Source: Felis catus (lineage: Eukaryota). Taken from it: a stretch of 64,000 bases of DNA. The position numbers were made by a program, and so were the translations under genes. The DNA is taken from the NCBI RefSeq assembly GCF_018350175.1, contig NC_058368.1:3720001-3784000 (forward strand), written 5' to 3'. Shown here piece after piece: positions 49,149 to 61,905 of this stretch. The notes beneath the pieces are model-generated. The model was not told the DNA's origin. It searched no databases and worked only from the letters and a program-made list of their open reading frames with translations. How positions within the stretch are numbered: the stretch's first letter is position 1; every line of letters starts with the position of its first letter.

Positions 49149-51378
49149 TTTCACTTAGCATAACACTCTCCAGTTCCATCCACATCGCTACAAAAGGCCA
49201 TATTTCATTCTTTCTCACTGCCAAATAGTATTCCATTGTATATATAAGCCACATCTTCTTTATCCATTTGTCAGTTGATGGACATTTAGGCTCTTTCCAT
49301 AATTTGGCTATTGTTGAAAGTGCTGCTATAAACATTGGGGTACAAGTGCCCCTATGCATCAGCACTCCAGTATCCCTTGGGTAAATTCCTAGCAGTGCTA
49401 TTGCTGGGTCATAGGGTAGATGTATTTTTAACTTTTTGAGGAACCTCCACAGTTTTCCAGAGTGGCTGCACCAGTTTGCATTCCCATCAACAGTGCAAGA
49501 GGGTTCCCGTTTCTCCACATCCTCGCCAACATCTATAGTCTCCTGAGTTGTTCATTTTAGCCACTCTGACCGGCGTGAGGTGGTATCTCAGTGTGGTTTT
49601 TATTTGTATTTCCCTGATGATGAGTGATGTTGAGCATCGTTTCATGTGCCTGTTGGCCACCTGGATGTCTTCTTTAGTGAAGTGTCTATTCATGTTTTCT
49701 GCCCATTTCTTCACTGGATTATTTGTCTTTCGGGTGTGGAGTTTGGTGAGTTCTTTATAGATTTTGGGTACTAGCCCTTTGCCCGATATGTCATTTGCAA
49801 ATATCTTTTCCCATTCGGTCAGTTGCCTTTTAGTTTTGTTGATTGTTTCCTTTGCAGTGCAAAAGCTTTTTATCTTCATGAGGTCCCAATAGTTCATTTT
49901 TGCTTTTAATTCCCTTGCTTTTGGAGATGTGTCAAGTAAGAAATTGTTGCAGCTGCGGTCAGAGAGGTTTTTTCCTGCTTTCTCCTCTAGGGTTTTGATG
50001 GTTTCCTATCTCACATCCAGGTCCTTTATCCATTTTGAGTTTGTTTTTGTGAATGGTGTGAGAAAGTGGTCTAGTTTCAATCTTCTGCATGTTGCTGTCC
50101 AGTTCTCTCAGCACCATTTGTTAAAGAGACTGTCTTTTTTCCATTGGGGATATTCTTTCCTGTTTTGTCAAAGATTAGTTGGCCATACTTTTGTGGGTCC
50201 AGTTCTGGAGTCTCTATTCTATTCCATTGGTCTATGTGTCTGTTTTTATGCCAATACCATGCTGTCTTGATGATTACAGCTTTGTAGTAGAAGCTAAAGT
50301 CTGGGATTGTGATGCTTCCTGCTTTGGTTTTCTTCTTCAATATTACTTTGGCTATTTGGGGTCTTTTGTGGTACCATTCACATTTTAGGATTGCTTGTTC
50401 TAGCTTTAAGAAAAATGCTGGTGCAATTTTGTTTGGGATCGCATTGAATGTGTAGACTGCTTTGGGTAGTATTGACATTTTAACAATATTTATTCTTCCA
50501 ATCCATGAGCACGGAATGTTTTTCCATTTCTTTGTGTCTTTTTCAGTTTCCTTCATAAGCTTTCTATAGTTTTCAGCATACAGATCTTTTACATCTTTGG
50601 TTAGGTTTATTCCTAGGTATTATATGCTTCTTGGTGCAATTGTGAATGGGATCAGTTTCTTTAGTTGTCTTTCTGTTGCTTCATTGTTAGTGTATAAGAA
50701 TGCAACCGATTTCTGTACATTGATTTTGTATCCTGCGACTTTGCTGAATTCATGTATCAGTTCTAGAAGACTCTTGGTGGGGTCTATCGGGTTTTCCATG
50801 TATAATATCATGTCATCTGCAAAAAGTGAAAGCTTGACTTCATCTTTGCCAATTTTGATGCCTTTGATTTCCTTTTGTTGTCTGATTGCTGATGCTAGAA
50901 CTTCCAGCACTGTGTTAAACAACAGCAGTGAGAGTGGGCATCCCTGTCGTGTTCCTGATCTCAGGGGGAAAGCTCTCAGTTTTTCCCCGTTGAGGATGAT
51001 GTTAGCTGTGGGCTTTTCGTAAATGGCTTTTATGATGTTTAAGTATGTTCCTTCTATCCTGACTTTCTCGAGGGTTTTCATTAAGAAAGGATGCTGAAAT
51101 ACGTCATATAGAGAAAGACAGATACCATATGTTTTCAGTCTTACGCGCATCCTGAGAAACTTAACAGAAGACCATGGGGGAGGGGAAGGAAAAAAAATTA
51201 GAGAGGGAGAGAGCCAAACCATAAGAGACTCTTAAAAACTAAGAACAAACTGAGGGTTGATGGGGGGTGGGAGGGAGGGGAAAGTGGGTGATGGGCATTG
51301 AGGAGGGCACCTGTTGGGATGAGCACTGGGTGTTGTATGGAAACCAATTTGACAATCAATTTCATATTTTAAAAAAAA
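49149..51378. mobile_element. Young feline L1, 5'-truncated and 5'-inverted (ORF2 on minus 49149-51097; 3' end and poly(A) on plus 51096-51378)
   Basis: Minus-strand ORFs match L1 ORF2 RT and C-terminus ([48 protein letters not shown]). The plus-strand part is the L1 3' UTR with AATAAA-like signal and A-tail. TSD aaaagcagttttcact (49140-49155) / aaaaggcagttttcact (51375-51391). Confidence 0.95.
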
Positions 51379-51391
51379 GGCAGTTTTCACT

Positions 51392-53263
51392 ACAGAGTGC
51401 CCAGGGAACAGTGATCAGCAGCAGTCCCAAAATGAGAGAGATGGTGGCACTAATGGCCAGCGACCACAGCTGCCGCCAGCAAGCCTTCCTTCCTTGGCAC
51501 TCACAGTGCCAAGTGTCCCCACAAGCATCACCATCATCAAAACCATGGCTCTGACACCTGGCACCTGGCCCTGCCACTCTCTGGGCTACTGAAGTGGCCT
51601 CTTCACCAGTCATGGTGAGCAACCCAGCCACTCAAACACCTGCAGCTGCCCAGGTGAGGATGTCCATCTCTTCTGATGTCCACACGTCCACCCATCCTAT
51701 CACTTAGGTGCACACATCAGGGACTATGATAATGGCCCGGCAAAGCCAGGTAGCGACCACGCTGGTAGGTGGGGTCATCAAGGCCACCGCCCTGGTGAAA
51801 AGCCCCATCTCTATCCTGGGAGGCGGCGCTCTGACTTGCAATCTGGGCAAAGTGACGTTGGTAGTCCGGATCAAAGGGTCCCTTTCAGCTGGGACCATCC
51901 TGAAGCTGGGGACCTCAGCAGATGGCAAGCCCATCACCATCATCAGTGCCATGCGAGCCAGTGGGGCTGGGACTAAGCCCATCATCCTGGCCATTCCGGC
52001 AGGCCAAGCCCAACACAACACCATAATCGAGACCATCCCCATACCAGCCGCAGGCGGGACCAGCAGTCTCGACACCACGTCCCTTTTCACCACCATCATC
52101 ACCAAGGTGATGACTTCAGGAATGGGAGCACCCACCGAAATCACTGCTGCTGTTCAAAATGCCACTGGCCATGAGAAGCACGGAGTGACCCAGGTGGTGC
52201 TAAAGAGGGTCCCTGGACAGCCAGGCAGGCACTATCCTCTGCTCCGTGCCCGTTGAGGGGTGTTCACCTGGTCACAACTGTCGCCGTCTCCACCATCAAG
52301 CCAGCCGTCACCGTGTTGATCATGAAAAGCGGCCCAGATGTCACAACCCTCGGCAGAGGGACAGGCAGCATTCCCACCAGCCTTGCAGAGCTGCGGGCCA
52401 CCGCACCAGAGCCTCCCTGGCCCATCACTACCGTGGGCACCATTGCCATCCCTTCAAGCCAGGTGATCAGCCCCCACTGCTGTCACCGTGCTGGTTGCAC
52501 AGACCACGGTGATGAGGGTTGGTGATGAGGGTGCACCATTGCCACCATCACCATGCAGCCTATCTCCCAGCCTACCCAGGTGCCTCCAATCACAGTGCCC
52601 ACGGAGGTCAAGTCCAGCCTGTGCATGACCTTCTTGTGTCCGTTCTAGCCTCGCCTACGACACAACAGCCCATGGCCGGTCACCACGGCTGACTTGGTGC
52701 AGGGTAACGTGTAGCCCGGGACGGTGTCACGTAGCCTGGCACTGAGATGCCGGTGGGCTACAACCCACCCTGTGAGACCCATGAGACAGGCACCACCTAC
52801 ACCCCCCCACCACCACTGGGGGTTGTGGGCAAGCCTGAGGGTAGGTAGCAGCTAGCTTCCTGCCCACCACCCCTGTGAGATGCACCAGACCACTTCCATC
52901 GGTACCAACATATCAGTCGGCCCTGGTGCCCTGCTCCCTGATACTCTCCTCTCCCACAGTACCCTCAAGTCCAGCTTGAAGGTGGCAGCACAACTTATTG
53001 TCACCCCCAGGCCAGTGCTTCACTGCCAGCTCCTTTCTGGACACAGAGGGTATGTCTCAACCATCCTGTGAGACACACAAGACACGCACCATGCCCATGG
53101 CCATGATTGTCACCTCCAACATAAGCTCAAACAAAGATCCCCCACCATCTGTGACCAGGGACGGGTGGACAGCATCCAGGGCAACGGTGTGAACATCACC
53201 GGCCCCAGTGTCATCACATCAACTGTGTCCTTTACACAGACGTGGGCTATGACCCTCGTGATA
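51392..53263 (+). pseudogene. HCFC1: Processed pseudogene fragment of host cell factor C1 (basic region through HCF-PRO repeats)
   Basis: Translations follow HCF-1 in order: QSAQGTVISSSPKM (HCF-1 QSAQGTVIGSSPQM), [122 protein letters not shown]. Contiguous over a region that is multi-exonic in the parent gene. Contains stops and frameshifts. Confidence 0.93.
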
Positions 53264-54324
53264 ATTTCCAGAAGGTACCCACTTCGGTTTATGTTCAATT
53301 AATACTAGCTGCCATAATGAACTCCAAAATCTGAGCGAGTTAAACCTATGACATGGCTTCTCGCTTAGGTAACAATACTGAGTTTTTCTGGTTGACGTGC
53401 ACTGCAGGGAAATCCATACATGCAGACTCCTTTCAGGGACGGGCTCTGGCATCTATAATTTGAGGGCTCATGAGGTCATGCTTAGGATAGTCGCCACCTC
53501 CTTCCATTCCAGCAAGGAACGCAATTTATCCAATTAGAACAAGAGTTCCAACAGAACATTCTTCGCTTGAGGAGAAAAATTCTAAAATGCCACTGTAGAA
53601 TTCTACAATTATATTTTTTGTCACTTTTAAAGATGCTTCATTTAATTTATTCATTTTCCTCCTTTCTTTTTTTATGTATAAAATGCAACGTGTGAGCTTT
53701 GGTTTTAGTAAGTACAACGGGCTTACACATGCACGGTGGTTCAGTATTATGAATAAATATTCGCAGTTGATTTTGAATAAAATGCAACTAGCGTCTTGAC
53801 ATCACACTTTCCCAGGTTGCTCTTAAGGCTTGCCCAGACAAGGAACAAACATTCTTCCCATAGGCGAATCTACTCCTCTTTGCACTCTGCCCAGGGGTCC
53901 CTTGACCATCCTTCCCACTCACGGCAGTGTGTGGAAAGCAGGGGTGTTACCAACCACAAAGAGGTCACATTCCAGAAATGGAGTGATAATTGCCTAAAGT
54001 GTTCAAAAGGAGACATAGTTGGAAGATGTGTTGTTCCATGTGCAGACTCTAAAACTCCCAATAGTAAATTTAAGTGGCAAGGATATGCATTATCAATTAC
54101 AGTTTCCTTGATACTCTGAGACAGTTTGTGTTAGCATGCTGAGGCACAGAACACCTTTGAGAGGCTGGCTGGAGTTCAAAGTTCATGGAGGCAGCACCAC
54201 GGATGGTGCAGATCATGATAAAGATGCGACCAAATTAATGGAGTTAGGGAATTGTAGTATCGTCTCACCAGAGACAGGTTCCAAAGGGTTTGGAAGGAAA
54301 GTCTTTTCCAGTTAGAGCCTTTAT

Positions 54325-54550
54325 TTATTTTTTTTTAATTTTTTTTTCAACGTTTATTTATTTTTGGGACAGAGAGAGACAGAGCATGAACGGGGGAGGG
54401 GCAGAGAGAGAGGGAGACACAGAATCGGAAACAGGCTCCAGGCTCTGAGCCATCAGCCCAGAGCCCGATGCAGGGCTCGAACTCACGGAGCACGAGATCG
54501 TGACCTGGCTGAAGTCGGACGCTTAACCGACTGCGCCACCCAGGCGCCCC
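54325..54550 (-). mobile_element. CAN-SINE, youngest feline subfamily
   Basis: TSD tccagttagagccttta. Confidence 0.97.
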
Positions 54551-54597
54551 TCCAGTTAGAGCCTTTAAATGAGACTGCAGTCACAGCTGCCATCTTT

Positions 54598-54795
54598 TGT
54601 TTGTTTGTTTGTTTGTTTGTTTAACTGTTGAGAGAGTGCAAGCAGGGGAGAGACAGAGAGGGGAGACAGAGGATCCCAAGCGGGCTCTGTGCTGACAACT
54701 GTAAGCTCGACATGGGGCTCCAACTCAAGAACTGCAAGATCATGACCCGAACAGAAGTCTGACGCTCAACCGACGGAGCCACCCAGGTGCCCCCA
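54598..54795 (-). mobile_element. CAN-SINE
   Basis: TSD about ctgcca(t/a)ctt. Confidence 0.93.
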
Positions 54796-54950
54796 ACTGC
54801 CAACTTGATCTCAGCCTTGGGAGACTCTGAGCAGAGGACCCAGCTAAGCTCTGACGACTCCTGATTCAGAAACTGTGAGATAATACATAGATGTTACTTC
54901 AAGTTGCCATTTACGTTAATTTCTCATGCAATCATAGGAAACTAGAAGAC
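54796..54950 (+). mobile_element. MaLR LTR 3' fragment (MLT1-like)
   Basis: cagccttgggagactctgagcagaggacccagctaagc...gaaactgtgagataata. Confidence 0.75.
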
Positions 54951-54959
54951 TGGGAGATA

Positions 54960-55830
54960 TCCCGCACTGCTCTCTCTCTTTACCCCTAAACTCCACCTAT
55001 ATTGCACTAACATCTAATATTTGAGATTTCATTAATCCACTTCTCTATCTCTGTTGTTATTACCTTGGCCCACACCATCACCACTTCTCAGCTGGATCGC
55101 TCTGAGGTTATTTTAATTGATCTCGCCATTTTTAATCTGTTCTCTAGAAATCCATTTCTATCCTGAAGAATGACTGATTTTGAAACTCTGATCATGTCAT
55201 TCTTCACTTAAAATCTTTCAATTTCTTCACATCAAAGCTACTCTTTAGTGAAACCGTACGTGCAAGGCCCTGGGATGAAAACCTTTCCGAATAGAATTCC
55301 AATTAATCCCGACAGTTTCAGGATATAGGCACTATTAGTACCTTAAATTTTCTTAAGGTGTCTTTTGTTTTTAAAAGTAGGCTCCATGCTCTTGGTGGGG
55401 CTCAAATTCACAAACTGAGCTCAGCGATCAGGAGTCACTTGCTTTAAGGACTGAGCCAGCCCGGCACTGCTATCATTATGCTAATTTGTACATGGAAGGC
55501 CCTGAGGCTTACTGAAGCTAACTAATTTCCCCAGGGCTACACAGTTGTGGAGGATTAGCCGACCCTGACGTCTTTCAGTTTCTCGAACAAACACGCCTTC
55601 TCTCGCACCTGCCAGGATATTCACCTTGCCCAGGAAACCTCAGCCATCTGCTCTCACCCCTGCTCCTCTCTTATCCTGCAGGACTCAGGTTACAGTTTAT
55701 TTCTCCAAAATGCCTTCCCTGAACTTCTGGAGGATATTAGGTCCCCCTGCTGTGTACTTGTAATTTCCTTTCTAAACTATCTCTGTGTAGGCTTATGATC
55801 AAGTGATCACAATGTCCCTGCAAACTCTAA
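54960..55830 (+). mobile_element. L2/MIR remnants
   Basis: atccacttctctatctct...ctgatcatgtcattct; tgccttccctga. Confidence 0.6.
55362..55468 (-). mobile_element. Short older CAN-SINE
   Basis: gtaggctccatgc...ggggctcaaattcaca...gactgagccagcccggcac. Confidence 0.8.
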
Positions 55831-56999
55831 AAATGGCTATGATTTCCCCAAGTTTAGAGCAGTTTCTCATAAGAAGTTGGAAATAGATTGCTTTGTATCT
55901 TTAAAAACTTTTTTCCCATAAACTCTGATAATTCACTGGAGCTTATCATTTTATTTATTCTTGAGGATGCTGCCTATGTAATTGTATTCTAAAATAGTCC
56001 ATCATTATGATGATATGATTAGACATCTGGAAATACAAATAAAAGCATCTTTTGGGGATTCTGCTCAGAGAAGAATAATAAACTGCCTGTCTGGCAACAA
56101 CAACATGTCACTTCCTCCAGCTGAAATGTTGTCTCATTTTTCCGGACCCAAATAGACTCGACTAATGTTCTCATAAGAAAGTGACACAGCCAAAGAGCCC
56201 TTGCCTCAGCACTATTAGGGCCACCATTATTCCACCATAATAGATGTGTTGTCTCACATATTCTAGAACCATTTGGGAACCATCAAAGAGACAAAATGAT
56301 AAAGATTAAAAGTTATTATGGTTACTTTCGGAGCCGTAGTTAGGCTAATGCATCTTCAGTAAGGACAGCTTACCCATCAAGAACAGTTTTAGAATGATCT
56401 GTTAACTTTTTCATAGAGAAAATTACTAAGGAGGAAAAGAAAGGATTGTAGGCACGATCCTTGTAAACATTGATATTTATCTGGCAAAAATACAGGTTGA
56501 GAGGAAGACAGAAGAACATGAAGGGTATGAAATTATAGACGCAACGCCATAGACCGTTTCTTTGCTGTGTATGTACAATCCTATCAAATAGCTATTTTAA
56601 CAACACAACCCCAGGCAACCTCTTGATGGCATATTATAGAATGGTTAGAATGGTTTAATGTTTACAGTGGATTAGAGTAGACACAAACAAACAAATAAAA
56701 GCATTAAATGTTTTATTCAACTGTACTTCTTTTAAGAAGAGAAGAAAATAAACAATGTAGATGAAGACCACATAGCAATGCAATATAATAGTTAAAAACA
56801 TGAGGTTCAAGTTGCTATTGGGGTATGGGATATTTTTTAAGTTCAGTGAAAATTGCATTAGTTAAGCCTCTTTGGGATGCAAGTAAAAGCCCGGATTTAA
56901 CTAATTTGACTATGAAACTTTTGAACACCAGGAGTAAAAATGCATATGGGGCACAAATAAATAGCTCAAGGGGCACCAAGCACCATTAAGACTGGGTTT

Positions 57000-57192
57000 G
57001 GAGGTACCTGGGTGACTCAGTCGGTTAAACACTGGACATCAGCTCAGGTCACGATATCACAGTTCATGAGTTCAAGCCCCACATCAGGCTCTCTGCTGTC
57101 AGTGCGGAGCCTACTTTGGATCCTCTGTCCCCTTCTCTCTCTGCACCTCCCCTACTCACACTCTCTCTCTCAAAAACAAACACACAAAAAAA
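57000..57192 (+). mobile_element. CAN-SINE
   Basis: TSD about actg(g/t)gtttg. Confidence 0.93.
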
Positions 57193-59543
57193 CTGTGTTT
57201 GTGTCCCTCATGTCTGCTTCCCTCAGTGGGTTGACTTCATTGTTTTCTTCCTTGAGGATGGTTTTTTACACATGACGAAAACACAAACTCTAATAACTAC
57301 AAAGTTTTGTCTTAGGACCTCAGTCACCTGAGAGACGTTTCCTTCACACTGTGTCTGGTCTCAAGTAGGAAAGTTGGCCAGGAAATTGGCTCAGTGATGC
57401 ATTTTGGAGTGAGAGCCACATCTGGCTCAACCAATTGTGATCGTATTAAAAAATGGAAGCTCCTGAGAACAAAAGATGGGTAGAGACAGGTCATATTCAT
57501 AGAAGCCTGATTTGGGTCAGTTTAAATCATGGATAGCTACTCTACTAACACAGGTTAGAGGTATAACAGTTTATGACACTAATAGAAGAATTTCTTAGCA
57601 ATGAAATAACTTAACAATAGACATTGGGGTCATCACGATGGAATAGGAAGTCCCAGCCCTAGTTTCCCCACAAAAACAATGATTTAACTAGACATGTGGA
57701 CCCAACTGTTGGCATTTAGATAATCCCCAAATCCAGGTAAGCGGTTGCAGTAAACCAAGGGAGCCCAAAGCTGAGAAGAGCTGCACTGAAATGCATCAGA
57801 AGATCAATTTCCCTTTTCCTGTTTCAGCTCCTCCCCCAAGCTAGCGGAGGACAGCACTGGGAGAGGACAACCCTACTAGCTACTTCTCCCTCGGGGAGCA
57901 GGAGAAGAGTAGGGCATTCATGCACCCAACATTCTGGTTCTCCTAAGGGCTACCCGAGGGTCTAATTTGTCTTATTTCATTCGGAGCCCCGATGGAACTA
58001 GCTCAGTTTGTATGCCTACGAGGGGCCGCCGTAAACAAAGAAGGATGCGAAGTGGCTGGCTGTAGCTGGCACAGCTTGGCGTGAGTGGGAAAAGAGGCAC
58101 GACTCAAATCTTCTCTCCCAGGAAGGGGGACGAGAAGTGGGGCGTGTGTTCAGTGTTCCAGTTTTTCTGATGGCTGCCTGAAGGACTGGCACCTGTTTGC
58201 CTGTCTTAGGGCACTGATGGGAAGTCAGCACACGTTCAATGCCTGGAAGCTGGTGAGAACAAGAGAGAATTAGGCCTTACTGCTGTAGAACCAAAAATTT
58301 CAGGGTCACCCAGAGACACCAGGTAGAGCTAGAGATCATAGGCTCCTGAGGAAGAAGCTGGCTGTGCCTCTCTACTTGATAAATTCCTCGTACAGGCCTA
58401 GAGAAGTCATATCTTCCCCCCAAAGTTTTTAGGTGCCCCTAAAATCTCTAGTGGGGCTGTTTAATGAGCATCTTCCCCTGTATGCAATCAATCCCTAAGG
58501 ACTGGGAGAGCTGGATGGCTTTACAAATGGGCATATTCCAACACCGAGTTATAAAACAATAAAGAAACAAAGAAAGGAGCCCCCATAAAAAGAACAAGAT
58601 AAAACTCCAGAAATTAATCCTAAAGAATGCGAGATATATAAATTACCTAAAGAACTCAAAAGAATTGTCTGAAAGGCACTCTGTGAGCTCAAGAAAATAA
58701 CACATGAATAAAACAAAAAGATCAACAAAGAGATAGAAAATATAAAAAAAGAAACAGAGATTCTGGAGCTGAGCAATACTATAATGTCAAAATGAAGGAT
58801 AATTAAAGGTTTTCCCAGATTGGGAAAAAAAAAAAAAAAGAAAGAAAGAAAGAAAGGCTAAGAAAGCTCATCACCAGTAGACCTGCCTTACAAGACATGA
58901 CAAAAGGAATTAAAGGTAAATATATAGAGAAATATGGAGCACCAAAATACTGTAACGGTGGTGCATGCATCTTTTTTTTTTATTCTGGTATATAAGTTAA
59001 AAGATAAAAGTATAAAAAATAACTTTAACTATAAAAATAGTCCAAAGGATATGCAAAACAAAAAGATGTAATTTGTGACATCAGTTACAAAGTGTGGAGA
59101 GAAGGAGAAGCGACGTGTGGACTATTTGTACGTGGTTGAAGTTAAGTTGTCATCAGCTTTGACTAGATTGTTATACGTGCAAGATACATAAGGCCCCAGG
59201 TAACCACAAAGAAAATATCTGTAGAAGATACAAATAAAGGAAATAATAAGTAATCAAAGCATGTCACTACGAAAAAAATCAAAGAATCACACGGGAAGAC
59301 AGGGGGAGGGGAAAGGTTGGACAAAAAAGCTATGAGATCGAAAAATAGCAATGAAGAAAATGGTAACAGTAAGTCCTTCCTATCAGTTATTACTCTAAAT
59401 GTAAATAGATTAAACTCCCAAATCAGAAGAGTAGATGAATGGATTAAAAAAATGATCCAACTATAAGCTAGCTGTAAAAGACAGATTTTAGATTCAAGGA
59501 CACACCCAGCTTAACAGTGAAAGGATAGAAAATTATATTCCAT

Positions 59544-59772
59544 GGGGTGCCCGGTGGCTCAGTCGGTTGAGCATCTGACTTTGGCTCAGGTCATGATCTC
59601 ACGGTTTGTGAGTTCAAGCCCTGCGTCGGGCTTGGACTCTGTACTCTGTGCTGACAGCTCGGGGCCTGGAGCCTGCTTTGGATTCTGTGTCTTCCTCTCT
59701 CTCTGCTCCTCCCCTGCTCACACTCTGTCTCTCTCTCAAAAATAAATAAAGATTAAAAAAAAATTTTTTTAA
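59544..59772 (+). mobile_element. CAN-SINE in L1
   Basis: TSD agaaaattatattccatg. Confidence 0.96.
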
Positions 59773-61650
59773 AGAAAATTATATTCCATGCAAATGTTAA
59801 TCAAAAGAAAATAGGGGTGTCCATACTTATCCCAGACAAAATAGAATTTAAATTAAAAACTGTCACAGGACACAAAGAAGGAGAATATAAAATGGCCAAA
59901 AGGTCAGTACATTAAGAAGATAAAACAATTATATGCTGACCTAACATCAGAGCACACATACATGAAGCAGACTTTGACAGAACTGAAGGAAGAGACAACA
60001 ACACCATAATAGTGGGAAATTTGAATACCCCATTTTCAATAATAGATACAAGATCCAGACAGAATATCAATAAGAAAACAGAAGACTAAACACTATAGAC
60101 CAAAGGAATCTACACCCGGTAGAAATACCAGGACATCCTACCCAACTATACTAAAATGTACACTCCTCTCAAATGCACACGGTGCATTCTCCAAACTCAA
60201 CCAAATAGGCCTCAAATCAAGTCTAACAAATTTAATAAAGTTAAAATCATACTGAATATCCTTTCTGACTACAATGAAACTAGAAATCACTGGCTGAAAG
60301 AAAGCTGGAAAATTCACAGACATGTGGAAATTAAATAATACCTTCTTGAACCATTAATGAATCAGTCAAAGAATAAACCAAAAGAGAAATTAGAAAACAT
60401 CTTGAGACACATGAAAATAAAAACAAAGTACACTAAAACTACAGGATGCATCAAAAATTATAGGAAGTTTACAACAATAAAGTACACATTCAAAAAATAA
60501 GATCTCAACTGAATAGCCCAACTATATATCCCAAAGAAGTAAGAACAGCAACAAAAGAAGGCCAAAGTTGGCAAAAAAGGACATAACTTAGAGCAGAAAT
60601 AAATGAAATAAAAAACAGAAAAACAATAGAAAAAAACAATAATAAATGAAGAGTTGGCTTTCTGCAAAGATCAACAAATTTGACAGACCTTAGAAAAAAA
60701 GAGGGTAGACTAAAAAAATCAGAAATTAAAGAGAAGACATTACAACTGATACCACAGAAATTCAAAGATTATAATAGACTAATAGACTACTTCAAGCAAT
60801 TACATGCCAATGAACTGGATAACCTAGAAGAAATGGACAAGTTTCTGGAAAGCTACAATCTACCAAGACTGAATCATTAGAAATAAAAATGTAGATAGAC
60901 CTGTAACTAATAAAGACATTTAATTAATGATAAAAAATCTCTCAATGAGGACAAAGCTAAGGACCAGATCGCTTCACTGGTGAATACAATCAAACATTTG
61001 AGGAAGAATTAACACTAGTCCTTGTCAAACTCTTGCAAAACAATTGAAGAGAAGGGAATACTTCCAAATTCATTTTATGAGACAAGCATTAATTTGATAG
61101 CAGAGATAGCAAAGGAAAACAAGAAAAGAAAACTACAGGCAAATATCCCTCAATGTAAATGCAAAAATTCCCGCAAAATATTGGCAAACCAAATTCAACA
61201 GCCCATTAAATGAATCATACACCATGACTGATGGGAATTATCTCTGGGATGCAAAGATGGTTCAAGTAAGTGAAAAAAAAAAAACAAATCTGTTTGCAGA
61301 TGACATGATCTTATATGCAGAAACCCCTAAAGATTTCAGCAAGAAAATAAAAGGTTAGAACTAAAACCAAAAACAAAAAAAATTGTAAAGTTACAGAATA
61401 CAAAATCAACCTGCAGAAATCAACTATAATCGTATACACAAAATAACTAATAATCTAACAAGGAAATGAAGAGAGCAGTCCCATTTACAAAAGAAAATGA
61501 ATAAAATGCTCAGGTCTGAGTTCAACAGTGGAGACGAAGGACTTGTGCACTGAAACTACAACATTACTGAAAGAAATTAAATACAATACAAATAAATGAA
61601 AGATATCCTATGTTCATGGATTGGAATACTTTATATTTTTTAAATGGCCC

Positions 61651-61822
61651 AGGGTTCCTGGGTGGCTCAGTCGGTTGAGCGTCTGACTTCGACTCAGGTC
61701 ATGATCTTGCAGTTCATGGGTTTGAGCCCCGCGTTGGGCTCTGTGCTGACAGCTCGGAGCCTGGAGCCTGCTTCGGATTCTGTGTCTCCCTCTCTCTCTG
61801 CCCCTCCCCTGTTCATGCTCTG

Positions 61823-61858
<36 letters not shown>

Positions 61859-61905
61859 AATAAAAATAAGCATTAAAAAAAACTAATCAAATAAAAATAA
61901 AATAA
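61651..61905 (+). mobile_element. CAN-SINE in L1
   Basis: TSD about aaatg(g/t)cc. Confidence 0.95.

Noticed and set aside
49138..51222. L1 ORF2 ORFs as an active retrotransposon
   Set aside because: 5'-truncated, inverted and frameshifted, with no promoter or ORF1.
51708..52256. 182-aa ORF as a functional HCFC1 exon
   Set aside because: It is flanked by homologous sequence with stops and frameshifts, has no introns and is heavily diverged, so it is called part of a pseudogene.
284..61886. Many 60-110 aa ORFs of the MAQSVK...SAQVMIS...SPSLSAPP type
   Set aside because: They are translations of CAN-SINEs, not genes.
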